64,000 bases of DNA from an uncultured Candidatus Saccharibacteria bacterium (GTDB taxonomy: Bacteria > Patescibacteriota > UBA1384 > DTJR01), in the NCBI GenBank assembly GCA_964487045.1, contig CAZAOT010000002.1, forward strand, positions 195,511 through 259,510, written 5' to 3'. The notes under the pieces were generated by a model. The model ran no database searches and was not told the origin of the DNA. It saw only the letters and a program-made list of their open reading frames with translations. Positions 8,736-17,672 of the stretch are shown one piece after another; within the stretch, counting starts at the first letter, position 1; each line of letters starts with the position of its first letter. The position numbers and the translations under genes are program-made.

Positions 8736-9170
8736 CTATGTCATAACTGCCAGCTTATAAGCGTCCAGGATTGCCATCCAGCCGGCATGGTCCTGGTTCT
8801 GGTGTTCAGCCACCGAGACCCAATGCTCAGAACCTCGGCGAAACTTGACAATGCAACGGACGATTCCGCCTGGCGACCGATTGCCATCCCGCTTGATCAG
8901 CTCGATGTGATAGTCGTACAAAGTAATCGAGTCGATCTTGGGAAGCATCTCTGCTATCGCCTTGTGCAAGGCGCAATCAAAAGCGTCGATAGGTCCGACG
9001 CCATCACCCGCCGAGTGAGCTTGGCGACTACCTACTTCAACCTTGACGGTTGCTTCGGTGTTTGGTTCCTCCCCACTCCAGGTAGTATTCAGCGTGATGT
9101 TGGTTACCGCAAAAGGTTCGCCGGCTCCAGCATCCTTCAGTTCCCGTATTCGCTCTTGGACGTTTATCAT
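8736..9170 (-). CDS. Standalone LeuA allosteric/dimerisation (regulatory) domain protein.
   Basis: 144 aa. GDGVGPIDAFDCALHKAI...IVRCIVKFRRG parallels the C-terminal LeuA_dimer domain of the adjacent leuA ([15 protein letters not shown]...). Immediately downstream of leuA on the same strand. Confidence 0.55.
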   Translation of the reverse strand: MINVQERIRELKDAGAGEPFAVTNITLNTTWSGEEPNTEATVKVEVGSRQAHSAGDGVGPIDAFDCALHKAIAEMLPKIDSITLYDYHIELIKRDGNRSPGGIVRCIVKFRRGSEHWVSVAEHQNQDHAGWMAILDAYKLAVMT

Positions 9171-9208
9171 AACGATCCCCTTCTGAAGAGTTAGGCAGTC
9201 ATAACCCG

Positions 9209-10750
9209 CTAGTGGCCGTTGCCATTGTCCAGCATGATCAGACGATTGACGGCATTGACCAAAGCCATTGCAGAGGCACGAACAACGTCAGTATCAGCCG
9301 CGCGACCCGTCACTTCACGACCTTTTTCGTCCTTCACGTGAATGGTCGCCTCGCCGATCGCGTCGCCGCCGCGAGTAACCGATCGGACTGAGTAGTCAGA
9401 GATCTCTAGCTCGATCCCTGTGATCCGCTGAATCACGTTGAAGGCGGCATCTACCGGTCCGTTGCCGAGCGACACATTTTCGAATTCTGCTTCGCCTTTT
9501 CTGAGAATCATCGTCGCTTGAGGCTTCAGCAGACCACCTGTTATTGTCGTCAAGCTGACGAGTGACCAGAAATCCATCCCCTCGGGCACATCGGAGCCCA
9601 TTTCGGTCATGATAGCGACTAGATCCTCATCGAAGACTTGCTTCTTGTTGTCAGCTAGTGCCACAGCTCGCTCGTAGATCTTGGCCAGCTCTTCGTCGTT
9701 GACTGTATAACCGAGCTCCTTGAGCCTAGCTCGATAACCGTGCTTGCCGGAACGAGGCCCGAGGGGCAAAGCTGTCTCGGTGCTGGACCAGCCGACATCA
9801 GCCGGATCCATGATTTCGTAGGTCTGACGATCCTTGAGCATACCATGCTGATGGATACCTGCTTCATGCCGGAACGCATTCGAGCCCACGATAGCCTTGT
9901 TCGGCTGAACAACGAAGCTCGAGTATTGCGACACTAGCTTCGAGGTCCCAACCAGATGCTTGGTGCAGATATCGGTGTAAGCGTCGAACTGATCAGATCT
10001 TGTCTTCAGAGCCATGACCACTTCTTCGAGTGAGCAGTTGCCCGCTCTCTCACCGATGCCGTTGATGGTGCACTCGACTTGACCTGCTCCCGCACGGATT
10101 GCAGCGAGAGAATTGGCAGTAGCCATGCCTAGATCATTGTGGTTGTGCACGCTGATCGTTGCCTGTGAAATGTTCGGCACATTGGTGATCAAATCAACAA
10201 TCACCGCTTCCATGATCCAAGGCATGGTATAGCCGACCGTGTCAGGGATGTTGACCGTGGTCGCACCAGCCTCGATAACTGTCTGAACGACGAGGCGCAG
10301 GTACTCGCGATCAGTGCGCATGGCATCCTCAGCCGAGAACTCGACATCATCGCATAGAGTCTTGGCAAACTGAACGGCCGAGCGGGCAAGCTCGAGAACT
10401 TCCTCGTAGGTCTTCTCGAACTTCCTCTCGACGTGTAGCGGTGAAGTGCCGATGAAAGTGTGAATCCTGCGACGGCTCGCTGGGGCAATTGCCTCGGCGC
10501 AGGAAACGATGTCGCTCTCGTTGGCACGACAAAGTCCGCAGATGATCGGGCCATCAACCTGCTCGGCGATGGCTTGAACGGACCGGAAGTCGGCCGGCGA
10601 AGAGAAAGGAAAGCCTGCCTCAATGACATCTACGTTGAGCTGGGCCAGTCTTTTAGCAATGGCCAGCTTCTCATTCAGACTCATACTCGCACCGGGTGAT
10701 TGCTCACCATCACGAAGCGTCGTGTCAAAGATTGTGATCCTACGACTCAT
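9209..10750 (-). CDS. leuA: 2-isopropylmalate synthase (LeuA / citramalate synthase family) with a C-terminal regulatory domain.
   Basis: 513 aa. N-terminal [19 protein letters not shown] is the HMGL-like TIM-barrel signature, with [21 protein letters not shown] and a C-terminal LeuA_dimer domain. GGGAGG Shine-Dalgarno lies 7 nt before the ATG. About 58% GC against roughly 35-40% in the flanks. Confidence 0.9.
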   Translation of the reverse strand: MSRRITIFDTTLRDGEQSPGASMSLNEKLAIAKRLAQLNVDVIEAGFPFSSPADFRSVQAIAEQVDGPIICGLCRANESDIVSCAEAIAPASRRRIHTFIGTSPLHVERKFEKTYEEVLELARSAVQFAKTLCDDVEFSAEDAMRTDREYLRLVVQTVIEAGATTVNIPDTVGYTMPWIMEAVIVDLITNVPNISQATISVHNHNDLGMATANSLAAIRAGAGQVECTINGIGERAGNCSLEEVVMALKTRSDQFDAYTDICTKHLVGTSKLVSQYSSFVVQPNKAIVGSNAFRHEAGIHQHGMLKDRQTYEIMDPADVGWSSTETALPLGPRSGKHGYRARLKELGYTVNDEELAKIYERAVALADNKKQVFDEDLVAIMTEMGSDVPEGMDFWSLVSLTTITGGLLKPQATMILRKGEAEFENVSLGNGPVDAAFNVIQRITGIELEISDYSVRSVTRGGDAIGEATIHVKDEKGREVTGRAADTDVVRASAMALVNAVNRLIMLDNGNGH

Positions 10751-10830
10751 GATACTACCTCCCAGATTTCGGGCGCTGTGCGCCCTTCGTTTATGCTAAA
10801 ACAAAAAGCACAAACGCCCGATTCCAGGCA

Positions 10831-10862
10831 AAAGAAAAACCGCCTGTGTAGGCGGCTTTTCT
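10831..10862. terminator. Bidirectional hairpin terminator (ccgcc-tgtgta-ggcgg) with an A-run on one side and a T-run on the other.
   Basis: Lies between leuA and the 88-aa ORF. On the minus strand the hairpin is followed by TTTTTCTTTTG. Confidence 0.45.
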
Positions 10863-11086
10863 GATTCGTGTGTAAAAAGGTACGGAAGCTTTATTGCCGC
10901 CAAGTAAAGTCTAAGCCTAGTAGTAGGCCAAGATTCACCAAAGCGGTTTTATTAATAAAGCTCCTCAACATAAGGAGATTCTAGCTTAATTAGATCAAAA
11001 ATGCAACACTATGATTTGCTATTTAATCTAAAAAAGAAAGCGGTCAACAACTGCCCGCTTGGTACGCATCGTTCTGATGCAATGAC

Positions 11087-11353
11087 TTACCGGCGTCTGC
11101 GACGCCGCGATTGACGAAAGGCCCTAGCCCTAGGCGACATTGTCGGAAATCCGGATGCAGTCATCGCTTCAACCGCGTCTCCTCTTCCTACCATGATCAG
11201 CCCGTCGAGAGCACTCGGTGCTTCGGCAATGCGCCCTCGGACAATTCCAGTAGCCTGATTGCGCTGCTGATACCGATCGAATGCAGCCCTCATCACCGCT
11301 CTGGTAACTTTCATTAAGTCACCTCCGTAGGCAAAAAATATCATTTTAGACAC
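11087..11353 (-). CDS. Hypothetical small protein with a poly-Arg C-terminus, at the edge of the GC island.
   Basis: 88-aa ORF ending RQSRRRRRR. No homologue recognised. An overlapping plus-strand ORF also exists. Confidence 0.3.
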   Translation of the reverse strand: MSKMIFFAYGGDLMKVTRAVMRAAFDRYQQRNQATGIVRGRIAEAPSALDGLIMVGRGDAVEAMTASGFPTMSPRARAFRQSRRRRRR

Positions 11354-11431
11354 AAAAAAACAATCCTATCCAAACATCCTGACCGACTTATTGTGAGTAT
11401 TTACAAATAAACTTGCCTAAAAAGCCTGTTC

Positions 11432-12298
11432 TCAACGCTGACAAATTGGGCAATAATGAGTACCCCTACCACCCACAACTACTCTCTTCACCTTACCGCA
11501 ACCACCCGGACATTGATTTCCAGTTTTTCGATATATTTTAAAATGATTCTGCATCTGGCCTGTTTTGCCGTCGATATCAACAAATGTATTTTCACTCGAG
11601 CCGCCATATTCAAGACCCATCTTAAGGACTTTTCTTATACAATCAATTAATTTAGTAAGCTCTACTCGCTTGACATCTTTAGCCAGTCGAAGAGGTGAAA
11701 TACCAGCGCAAAACAACGACTCATCCGCATAGATATTACCAATCCCAGCAATATTAGTTTGATCCATTAGTATTTGCTTGATTTTACTCTTTGGTCTGCG
11801 GGAGATAACGCTCATCAAATATTCCTCGGTCAATTCTTTTGTAAAAGGGTCTGGCCCGAGCCCCTTCAGCTCTCGCGTATCTTTAATTTTATCTTGGTCA
11901 AAAACCTTTATGTATCCAAATTTCCTAAGATCGTTAAAATATAAAACGCTTCCGTCTTTAAATTTAAAAATTACGTGAGTAAATTTATTTGGCAAATCCG
12001 CTACCCAATCATTGGATGGATGGCCTCCTGCCATTCGTTCACACTTATCTCCCGGTTTTTTATCGAAAATTAGTTGGCCGGTCATTTTCAAATGTATCAA
12101 AAGTGCTTTGCCGTTTGATAAATCAACTTCAATCATTTTGGCGTGTCTAGAAATTGACTTGGCCTTGCTTCCGACAACATCTGAGACTTCGCCGCTAAAA
12201 AGCTTCTTAGCCCTAATCTCAACTTCGACAATTTCTCGGCCGAGAATCTTACTTTCCAACCCTCTCTTTACAATTTCAACTTCGGGTAGCTCTGGCAT
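11432..12298 (-). CDS. mutM: Formamidopyrimidine-DNA glycosylase (Fpg/MutM).
   Basis: N-terminal MPELPEVE catalytic motif, an H2TH domain and a C-terminal zinc finger CPGGCG...THYCPICQ. Confidence 0.9.
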   Translation of the reverse strand: MPELPEVEIVKRGLESKILGREIVEVEIRAKKLFSGEVSDVVGSKAKSISRHAKMIEVDLSNGKALLIHLKMTGQLIFDKKPGDKCERMAGGHPSNDWVADLPNKFTHVIFKFKDGSVLYFNDLRKFGYIKVFDQDKIKDTRELKGLGPDPFTKELTEEYLMSVISRRPKSKIKQILMDQTNIAGIGNIYADESLFCAGISPLRLAKDVKRVELTKLIDCIRKVLKMGLEYGGSSENTFVDIDGKTGQMQNHFKIYRKTGNQCPGGCGKVKRVVVGGRGTHYCPICQR

Positions 12299-12299
12299 A

Positions 12300-12836
12300 T
12301 TATTTTTTTTCCTTAATTAGTAGAGCGGCCAGCGATGATCCCATTGAAATAATTTTATTATCGAGCACCATCTCAAAAACTTCATTCTTATCCATCAATA
12401 TAACTTCAATATCTTCGGTCACATCACCCGACTTTCGCTCTCCTTCTAGCAAGTGAGCATTTTTAGCATGGAAAATATGTATCTGACGATTAAGCTGCCC
12501 CATCGTCTCATAAAATTTCCCGAGTAACTCCAAACCTTCACATGTATAACCGGTTTCCTCTTCGAATTCGCGAATTACGCAATCCTCGATCGATTCGCCA
12601 GGATCGGAATGTCCAGAGGGAAATTCAAGTGCGACCTGATCTGGAAGATAACGAAACTGTTTAATCATGACAAGTTTATTGTCAGGTGTTTCCGCGACTA
12701 GCATTGCTGAGTCAGGACTGTTCCAATACAACCACTCTACTTGCTCCCCACTTGGAATTTCAACAATATCTTTATTGACTCGAAAATATTTATGATTAAA
12801 AACTTCCTCAGTTGAAATTTTATTCCAAGACTTCAT
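12300..12836 (-). CDS. NUDIX hydrolase (ADP-ribose pyrophosphatase-like).
   Basis: Nudix box GHSDPGESIEDCVIREFEEETGY. Confidence 0.8.
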   Translation of the reverse strand: MKSWNKISTEEVFNHKYFRVNKDIVEIPSGEQVEWLYWNSPDSAMLVAETPDNKLVMIKQFRYLPDQVALEFPSGHSDPGESIEDCVIREFEEETGYTCEGLELLGKFYETMGQLNRQIHIFHAKNAHLLEGERKSGDVTEDIEVILMDKNEVFEMVLDNKIISMGSSLAALLIKEKK

Positions 12837-12845
12837 TTTGAAAGA

Positions 12846-14942
12846 TTAGTTAGAGCAAGTAGCACTATTTAAAATACTTGAATTTAAACTATTTTCAAAT
12901 AAATAAACCCAATAGGCTTTTTTTGCTGAAATCTGAGAAACTTCGGGTAATATAGGATTTTGCGTTGAGCAGGTTGGTGAAAGCTTATCTACTCCTGTTA
13001 AAAGCGAAAAGACTGCACAAGCGTCAGACGACTGGGTGCTCTGAATAACAAAAACATTCGAATAAATTATTCTTGCGATTTTTAAATCTGACAAACTAAC
13101 ATTCTTAGCCAAACATTGCCCCTGGCGATTAATAATTGTATATCTCAAATCGCTAATATTTGATACTTGCTCATTCCAAAGCAAGTTCCATCCTGGTCTG
13201 AGCGATTTTTGCGAATCTGTTTGGCCGACTGAAGGTTGGTTTATGTTCGTATCCGCTGGAGAATAGATATAATACCCTCGGTTAGCCTGAAACGAAGCGG
13301 GCTGGCTAGATCCAGAAACATCCCATTTATTTTCCAACGAATTAAATCCAAATAAATACATCCCAGCCTGCAGCATTGAAGGTGCGAGCGCACTTCCATC
13401 GAACCCCAAAGTATTAAAACCCCTGTGTAGATTAATTGTATTATTAGTAGATACAGACACTGTTGGTGAAGCTGTCGGTGTTTGACCCTCTGGAATCATG
13501 CTAAGATTTAACGTAGGTGGAACAGAATTACTTACAACCAAACTTTGAGTAGTCGTTTGGTATCCAGACTTTTCCGCAACTATGTTCCAAGCCCCCTGCG
13601 AAAGAGAGAAGTATATAGCTCCGGAATTTGAGGTAACTCCTATATCTTTTACCAAATTATCTCCAATTATTGAGTAAGGTCCAGTTTGTTTTTGAACTTT
13701 TATCTTAACCCCAGACAAAGGCGTTGAGGCATCAGCTTTCTTAACTATGCCAACAACTGTTTCATTACCTCCCCCTGTAGAACTACCGTTAATAATAGGG
13801 CCTTGAGAATAATTACAACCAATTTTAATGCATGAAAATGACCATCCGCCTGAAGCGTCACTGCAAAAACCATCTGGGCAATTTGTTGATTGCAGGCCAG
13901 AGGCTTCGCAGGTTTGGCCATTCTGCCTCGGAATACAATTATGCAGGCCGATCGTCTTAAGCCTTGCCATATAATCAAAACTGCTCCCCATTTTGCTACC
14001 GCAGTATTGATTAGATAATTCTTCAGCCATCGACGTATTCGTCGTGTTTAGATATGGTGCTGCAATAGAATTTACTTCACAAAGCCTTTTATCGAACATC
14101 GTTCCACCGTGACATGTTGCATCTACTAGCTGACCATTGGCATATCTTTTTGAATCTTGATTAAAACTGTCACATTTACTTGCAATCATGGTCTCGCATG
14201 CGTCATTTAGACGCTCCTGGGTAACAGCAGCACCTATTTGGCAATATTTTGGATAAACCTGCTCATTGACACGTTTTAGGTTTTTACATTCGTCCAGACA
14301 CCTACAGCAGGAGTCGCTGTCTACCCCCTGCTCATTCTCGTCATTACCTTCTTCGCACATACAAGCATTCATTATTTTAGTTGGAGCCATCCTTGTCATA
14401 TCGTCCTGACAATGCGCCTGACATTCTCCAATATCAACCTTGGGATTGTTAGGATCACAATAATAGTCCATGGTGTCTTTGTAGCACGCTTGTTCTGAAT
14501 TATCAGCCTTAACGTCATTACATTTGGGCATCATCGGACTACCATTAGGCGGGGTGCAAGCCTTAGTCATCATCCCTCTGATTGCACAACAATTTTGAGC
14601 ATTATTGAGAGTATCTTCACCTGAGTAGCTCTTACATTGATTAATGTTAGTGAACTGACTATAGGAATAGTCGCCAGTAGACAAACCTTGCCCAGTGCAC
14701 ATTGCCTCCGGAATGGTAATAGAACAAGATCCTGTTTCTGTAGTCTGAGTAGGATATTGGGAAGTCTCGCAACTAACATGAATAGTCGGGCAAGTCTGCT
14801 GGCAACCGGGAGGAAAATAAGATACTGAATCTGCTGATATTTTATTTCGAATAAAACGTCCAGCTAAAAAAGAGAGACCAAATAGTAGCAAAGCTATCAA
14901 CAAAAACCTCAACCCCCACTTTAGCTTCCCCATTTTCTTCAT
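12846..14942 (-). CDS. Secreted Cys-rich surface protein with a CarboxypepD_reg-like domain and a conserved C-terminal domain shared with the ORF at 25074-25988.
   Basis: 698 aa. Has a signal peptide (MKKMGKLKWGLRFLLIALLLFGLSFLAG), more than 50 Cys in the central region, a VVGIVKKADASTPLSGVKIKVQ beta-sandwich region, and a C-terminal GWNLLW...AYWVYLF block. Confidence 0.65.
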   Translation of the reverse strand: MKKMGKLKWGLRFLLIALLLFGLSFLAGRFIRNKISADSVSYFPPGCQQTCPTIHVSCETSQYPTQTTETGSCSITIPEAMCTGQGLSTGDYSYSQFTNINQCKSYSGEDTLNNAQNCCAIRGMMTKACTPPNGSPMMPKCNDVKADNSEQACYKDTMDYYCDPNNPKVDIGECQAHCQDDMTRMAPTKIMNACMCEEGNDENEQGVDSDSCCRCLDECKNLKRVNEQVYPKYCQIGAAVTQERLNDACETMIASKCDSFNQDSKRYANGQLVDATCHGGTMFDKRLCEVNSIAAPYLNTTNTSMAEELSNQYCGSKMGSSFDYMARLKTIGLHNCIPRQNGQTCEASGLQSTNCPDGFCSDASGGWSFSCIKIGCNYSQGPIINGSSTGGGNETVVGIVKKADASTPLSGVKIKVQKQTGPYSIIGDNLVKDIGVTSNSGAIYFSLSQGAWNIVAEKSGYQTTTQSLVVSNSVPPTLNLSMIPEGQTPTASPTVSVSTNNTINLHRGFNTLGFDGSALAPSMLQAGMYLFGFNSLENKWDVSGSSQPASFQANRGYYIYSPADTNINQPSVGQTDSQKSLRPGWNLLWNEQVSNISDLRYTIINRQGQCLAKNVSLSDLKIARIIYSNVFVIQSTQSSDACAVFSLLTGVDKLSPTCSTQNPILPEVSQISAKKAYWVYLFENSLNSSILNSATCSN

Positions 14943-15005
14943 AATTAAATACTATAGCCTATTTGCTCTTTATTCAATCGCTTTAAAATACTTACGTCGC
15001 AATAA

Positions 15006-15665
15006 TCAAATATCAACAATAAGCTCAAAAATTGCGAAATGTTTAGGCGTGTGAAAATTTGGTGTCTGCTCCATATTTGGTACTAGCGCCTGAAAAGAAT
15101 TCTGCTGCGGATAACCATCGATCCTAAATAAGTTTCCTCTTAGCCTATCCCCCTCTTTTAGTTCTGAGACACTAAGCTCATCCACAGGAAGCTTGACTTG
15201 GGTAATCCAACGACCTGATTTATATTCGCCAAAATCGCCTGTTGATGAAATTCGCTGTTTAAACTCTAAGTCAGAATTCCAATTAATATCGACATTAAAT
15301 CCTGAGTCATGCCTTGAGCCAGTCGGGTTACTTACTTTCCCATCAAACTTTATTCCCATCGGTGAAAATTGAAGCTCGAGATAATTTTTAGGGATTGCCT
15401 CTCCAAAAGAGATGAATGCTTCCACTACCTCTTGCTCATAGATCGGATCATCATTATTCTGATACGTACCCCAAATATGATCGTCTTCCACGTCAAACAG
15501 AAAATACAAATATTTTTCACTCCACAGGATTTTCGCCTTCGCTTTCTTTAGGATAGGACTGCCACTTGTAACATCTTTGAGTTCGTAGAAGGATGTTTTA
15601 TCCCAATTAAGAGAAGGCCATTCGCTAAGCTCAAAACCTTCGGTCTTTTTGATTTGATAAATCAT
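15006..15665 (-). CDS. Carbohydrate-binding family 9-like (CBM9/DOMON-like) domain protein.
   Basis: 219 aa. LNWDKTSFYEL...YLYFLFDVEDDHIW pattern typical of CBM9_2-like proteins. The stop overlaps the galK start. Confidence 0.5.
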   Translation of the reverse strand: MIYQIKKTEGFELSEWPSLNWDKTSFYELKDVTSGSPILKKAKAKILWSEKYLYFLFDVEDDHIWGTYQNNDDPIYEQEVVEAFISFGEAIPKNYLELQFSPMGIKFDGKVSNPTGSRHDSGFNVDINWNSDLEFKQRISSTGDFGEYKSGRWITQVKLPVDELSVSELKEGDRLRGNLFRIDGYPQQNSFQALVPNMEQTPNFHTPKHFAIFELIVDI

Positions 15666-16831
15666 CTCTTTATTTCTTTTGCGCCATCAGAAGCATTGCA
15701 AATATATGCGTTTCCCTTAATTCCTAATTTTTGTCGATACATCTCTTCAAGTTCACCAGCAAAATGCTGAGCCGTTCCTCTTTTTACTAAGTTAATCGTG
15801 CAACCGCCAAATCCCCCGCCGATCATGCGAGAACCAATGATCCCCTCAATTTTCTTGCTCAAGTCTACCGCGGCATCTAACTCTGGGCATGAAACCTCAT
15901 AATCATTCCTCAGGCTATTATGGCATTCGTATAATATCTTACCGATCTGCTTGTAGTCATCATTGTTAAGCGCATCCTTCATTTTCATCACTCTGGTGTT
16001 TTCTGTAATAGGATGTTTGGCTCGACGATATACTAGATCACCTTGCTTATTGCCCAGTCTAGAAATTAACTCTGGCTTGAGCTCATCAAGCATTTCTATA
16101 GTCATATCTCGAAGCATCTCCAGCTTAGGATTTTTGAAAAATTCTCTAGCAATTTCGAGCACTTCTCTCGCCTGTCTCTTTCTTTCATCAAACGGCGAAT
16201 CGATCTGTTTGTGTCTGATCGTAGTTTCAAATACTACTATTTCTACATCTTGAGGAATCTTAATATATTCAAATTTTAATGTTCGACAATCAAGTAGCAC
16301 TGCGTGTCCTTCCTTGCCATTTGCGATGCAAAACTGGTCCATAATTCCACCGGTTGTTCCATACCACCACTCTGCTTCACAGCCAACCTTGGCTAACTCT
16401 ACCCGATCGAGTCCGAGCTTATAATAGTCATTCAGCAAATACGCAAATCCGGTTGCAAGTGATGAAGAGGAGGAAAGACCACTCCCAATTGGAATTGTTG
16501 AATGAATAGCAAAATTAATTCCCCCAAACTTATGCCCTCGTTTCTTAAGAACTTCAACTACACCTTGCAAATATAACATCCACTCATATTTTGTTCTAAC
16601 ACTCTTGCGTGTATCAAATTGGCCAATTTCATCAAATTTTTCAGAATATCCGCTAACTAAATCATGGTCTTTCGACATTGACCAAGTTATGCCCAGGTCA
16701 ATCGCAGCCGGCATCACATAGCCTGCATGATAATCGGAATGCTCCCCAATGATATTTACCCTACCCGGAGACCAATAATATTTCTCTGGTTCTCCTGAAA
16801 AGTGATTTTTAAATATTTTTTCTGATTCCAT
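15662..16831 (-). CDS. galK: Galactokinase.
   Basis: Galactokinase signature PGRVNIIGEHSDY, the GHMP kinase ATP motif PIGSGLSSSSSL and a C-terminal GGGFGGC. Confidence 0.9.
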   Translation of the reverse strand: MESEKIFKNHFSGEPEKYYWSPGRVNIIGEHSDYHAGYVMPAAIDLGITWSMSKDHDLVSGYSEKFDEIGQFDTRKSVRTKYEWMLYLQGVVEVLKKRGHKFGGINFAIHSTIPIGSGLSSSSSLATGFAYLLNDYYKLGLDRVELAKVGCEAEWWYGTTGGIMDQFCIANGKEGHAVLLDCRTLKFEYIKIPQDVEIVVFETTIRHKQIDSPFDERKRQAREVLEIAREFFKNPKLEMLRDMTIEMLDELKPELISRLGNKQGDLVYRRAKHPITENTRVMKMKDALNNDDYKQIGKILYECHNSLRNDYEVSCPELDAAVDLSKKIEGIIGSRMIGGGFGGCTINLVKRGTAQHFAGELEEMYRQKLGIKGNAYICNASDGAKEIKR

Positions 16832-16851
16832 AATATGCTTTAGTTATATTA

Positions 16852-17292
16852 ATGATAAAACGATTCTTTTATATCTTAATTGTTCCGGCATTTCTACTTA
16901 CAGGCTGTTCTAATCTACCAAAAAATGACTCTAAAAAGAAGGTCTCGATAGAGAATAGGAAATTCGAGCTGGAAATTGCAGACACGATTGAAGAGCATCG
17001 AAAAGGTTTAATGGACCGAAATGCCCTCGAAGCAGACAGGGGTATGTTATTTCTTTTTGACCAAAAAGACTACCAACAATTTTGGATGAAAAATACTTTA
17101 ATTCCGCTACAAGTAATCATGATCGATGACTGCCAAGTTGTAGATTTAATCGAAATGCCAAAAGAAGAGGATCCGGCAAACGCCAAAATGATCTATAAGT
17201 CGAGTAAACCAGCTAACAAGGCAATTGAACTCAATACTAAAACTTTTGACCAATCCCTAGTCGGTCAGAAGATTGAAGATCTTTGTAAGTGA
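16852..17292 (+). CDS. DUF192 family lipoprotein.
   Basis: Lipoprotein signal with lipobox LLTGCS. DUF192-like core (...RGMLFLFDQ...IPLQVIMID...). Confidence 0.65.
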   Translation: MIKRFFYILIVPAFLLTGCSNLPKNDSKKKVSIENRKFELEIADTIEEHRKGLMDRNALEADRGMLFLFDQKDYQQFWMKNTLIPLQVIMIDDCQVVDLIEMPKEEDPANAKMIYKSSKPANKAIELNTKTFDQSLVGQKIEDLCK

Positions 17293-17339
17293 TTGACTAT
17301 TAACAAGTTTTTGGCATTATTGTTCTAGCTCGAGAAGGG

Positions 17340-17672
17340 GTGAATAGCATGAAAGATGAGCATTTTGCTCTCAAACGAAACGAGTATGTCGTTGAGCAGC
17401 TTCGTGAGTTCGAGCGAGCCCTAGAGAGGCGCTGCCGAAAATCACGCAAGCGCAAAAAGCCAAAGTGGATGAGGCGCCGGCTCGATATCGCTCACTTGAT
17501 TGTTCTCGAGTTTCTTTCGTCTGATGATACCCGGTTCTGCCGCTATCAATTGCGCGAGTACGCGCGCAAGGTGCTTAACGCTAAGCCTAAAGGTTTTTCT
17601 AAGGCTTGGAGATATGTAACTGAGCAAGTGCAGAACTTCATAGATCTCGATACTTTGGGAGCGTCGCCTTAG
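17340..17672 (+). CDS. Hypothetical small basic protein. Locally GC-rich ORF overlapping the uvrC 3' end.
   Basis: 110-aa ORF at about 50% GC, embedded in AT-rich flanks. Highly basic (KSRKRKKPKWMRRR). No family recognised. Confidence 0.35.
   Translation: MNSMKDEHFALKRNEYVVEQLREFERALERRCRKSRKRKKPKWMRRRLDIAHLIVLEFLSSDDTRFCRYQLREYARKVLNAKPKGFSKAWRYVTEQVQNFIDLDTLGASP

Noticed and set aside
9655-10699. Several ORFs of 61-142 aa antisense to or overlapping leuA, plus the plus-strand ORFs at 7606-7882
   Set aside because: High GC suppresses stop codons and so generates spurious long ORFs. leuA homology fixes the true frame.
6647-11400. GC-rich island as a chimeric assembly or contamination
   Set aside because: The island is internal and has ordinary AT-rich host genes on both sides. 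Gene spacing and terminators are continuous across the junctions. A genuine horizontally acquired insert is more likely. Read-level checks are still advised.
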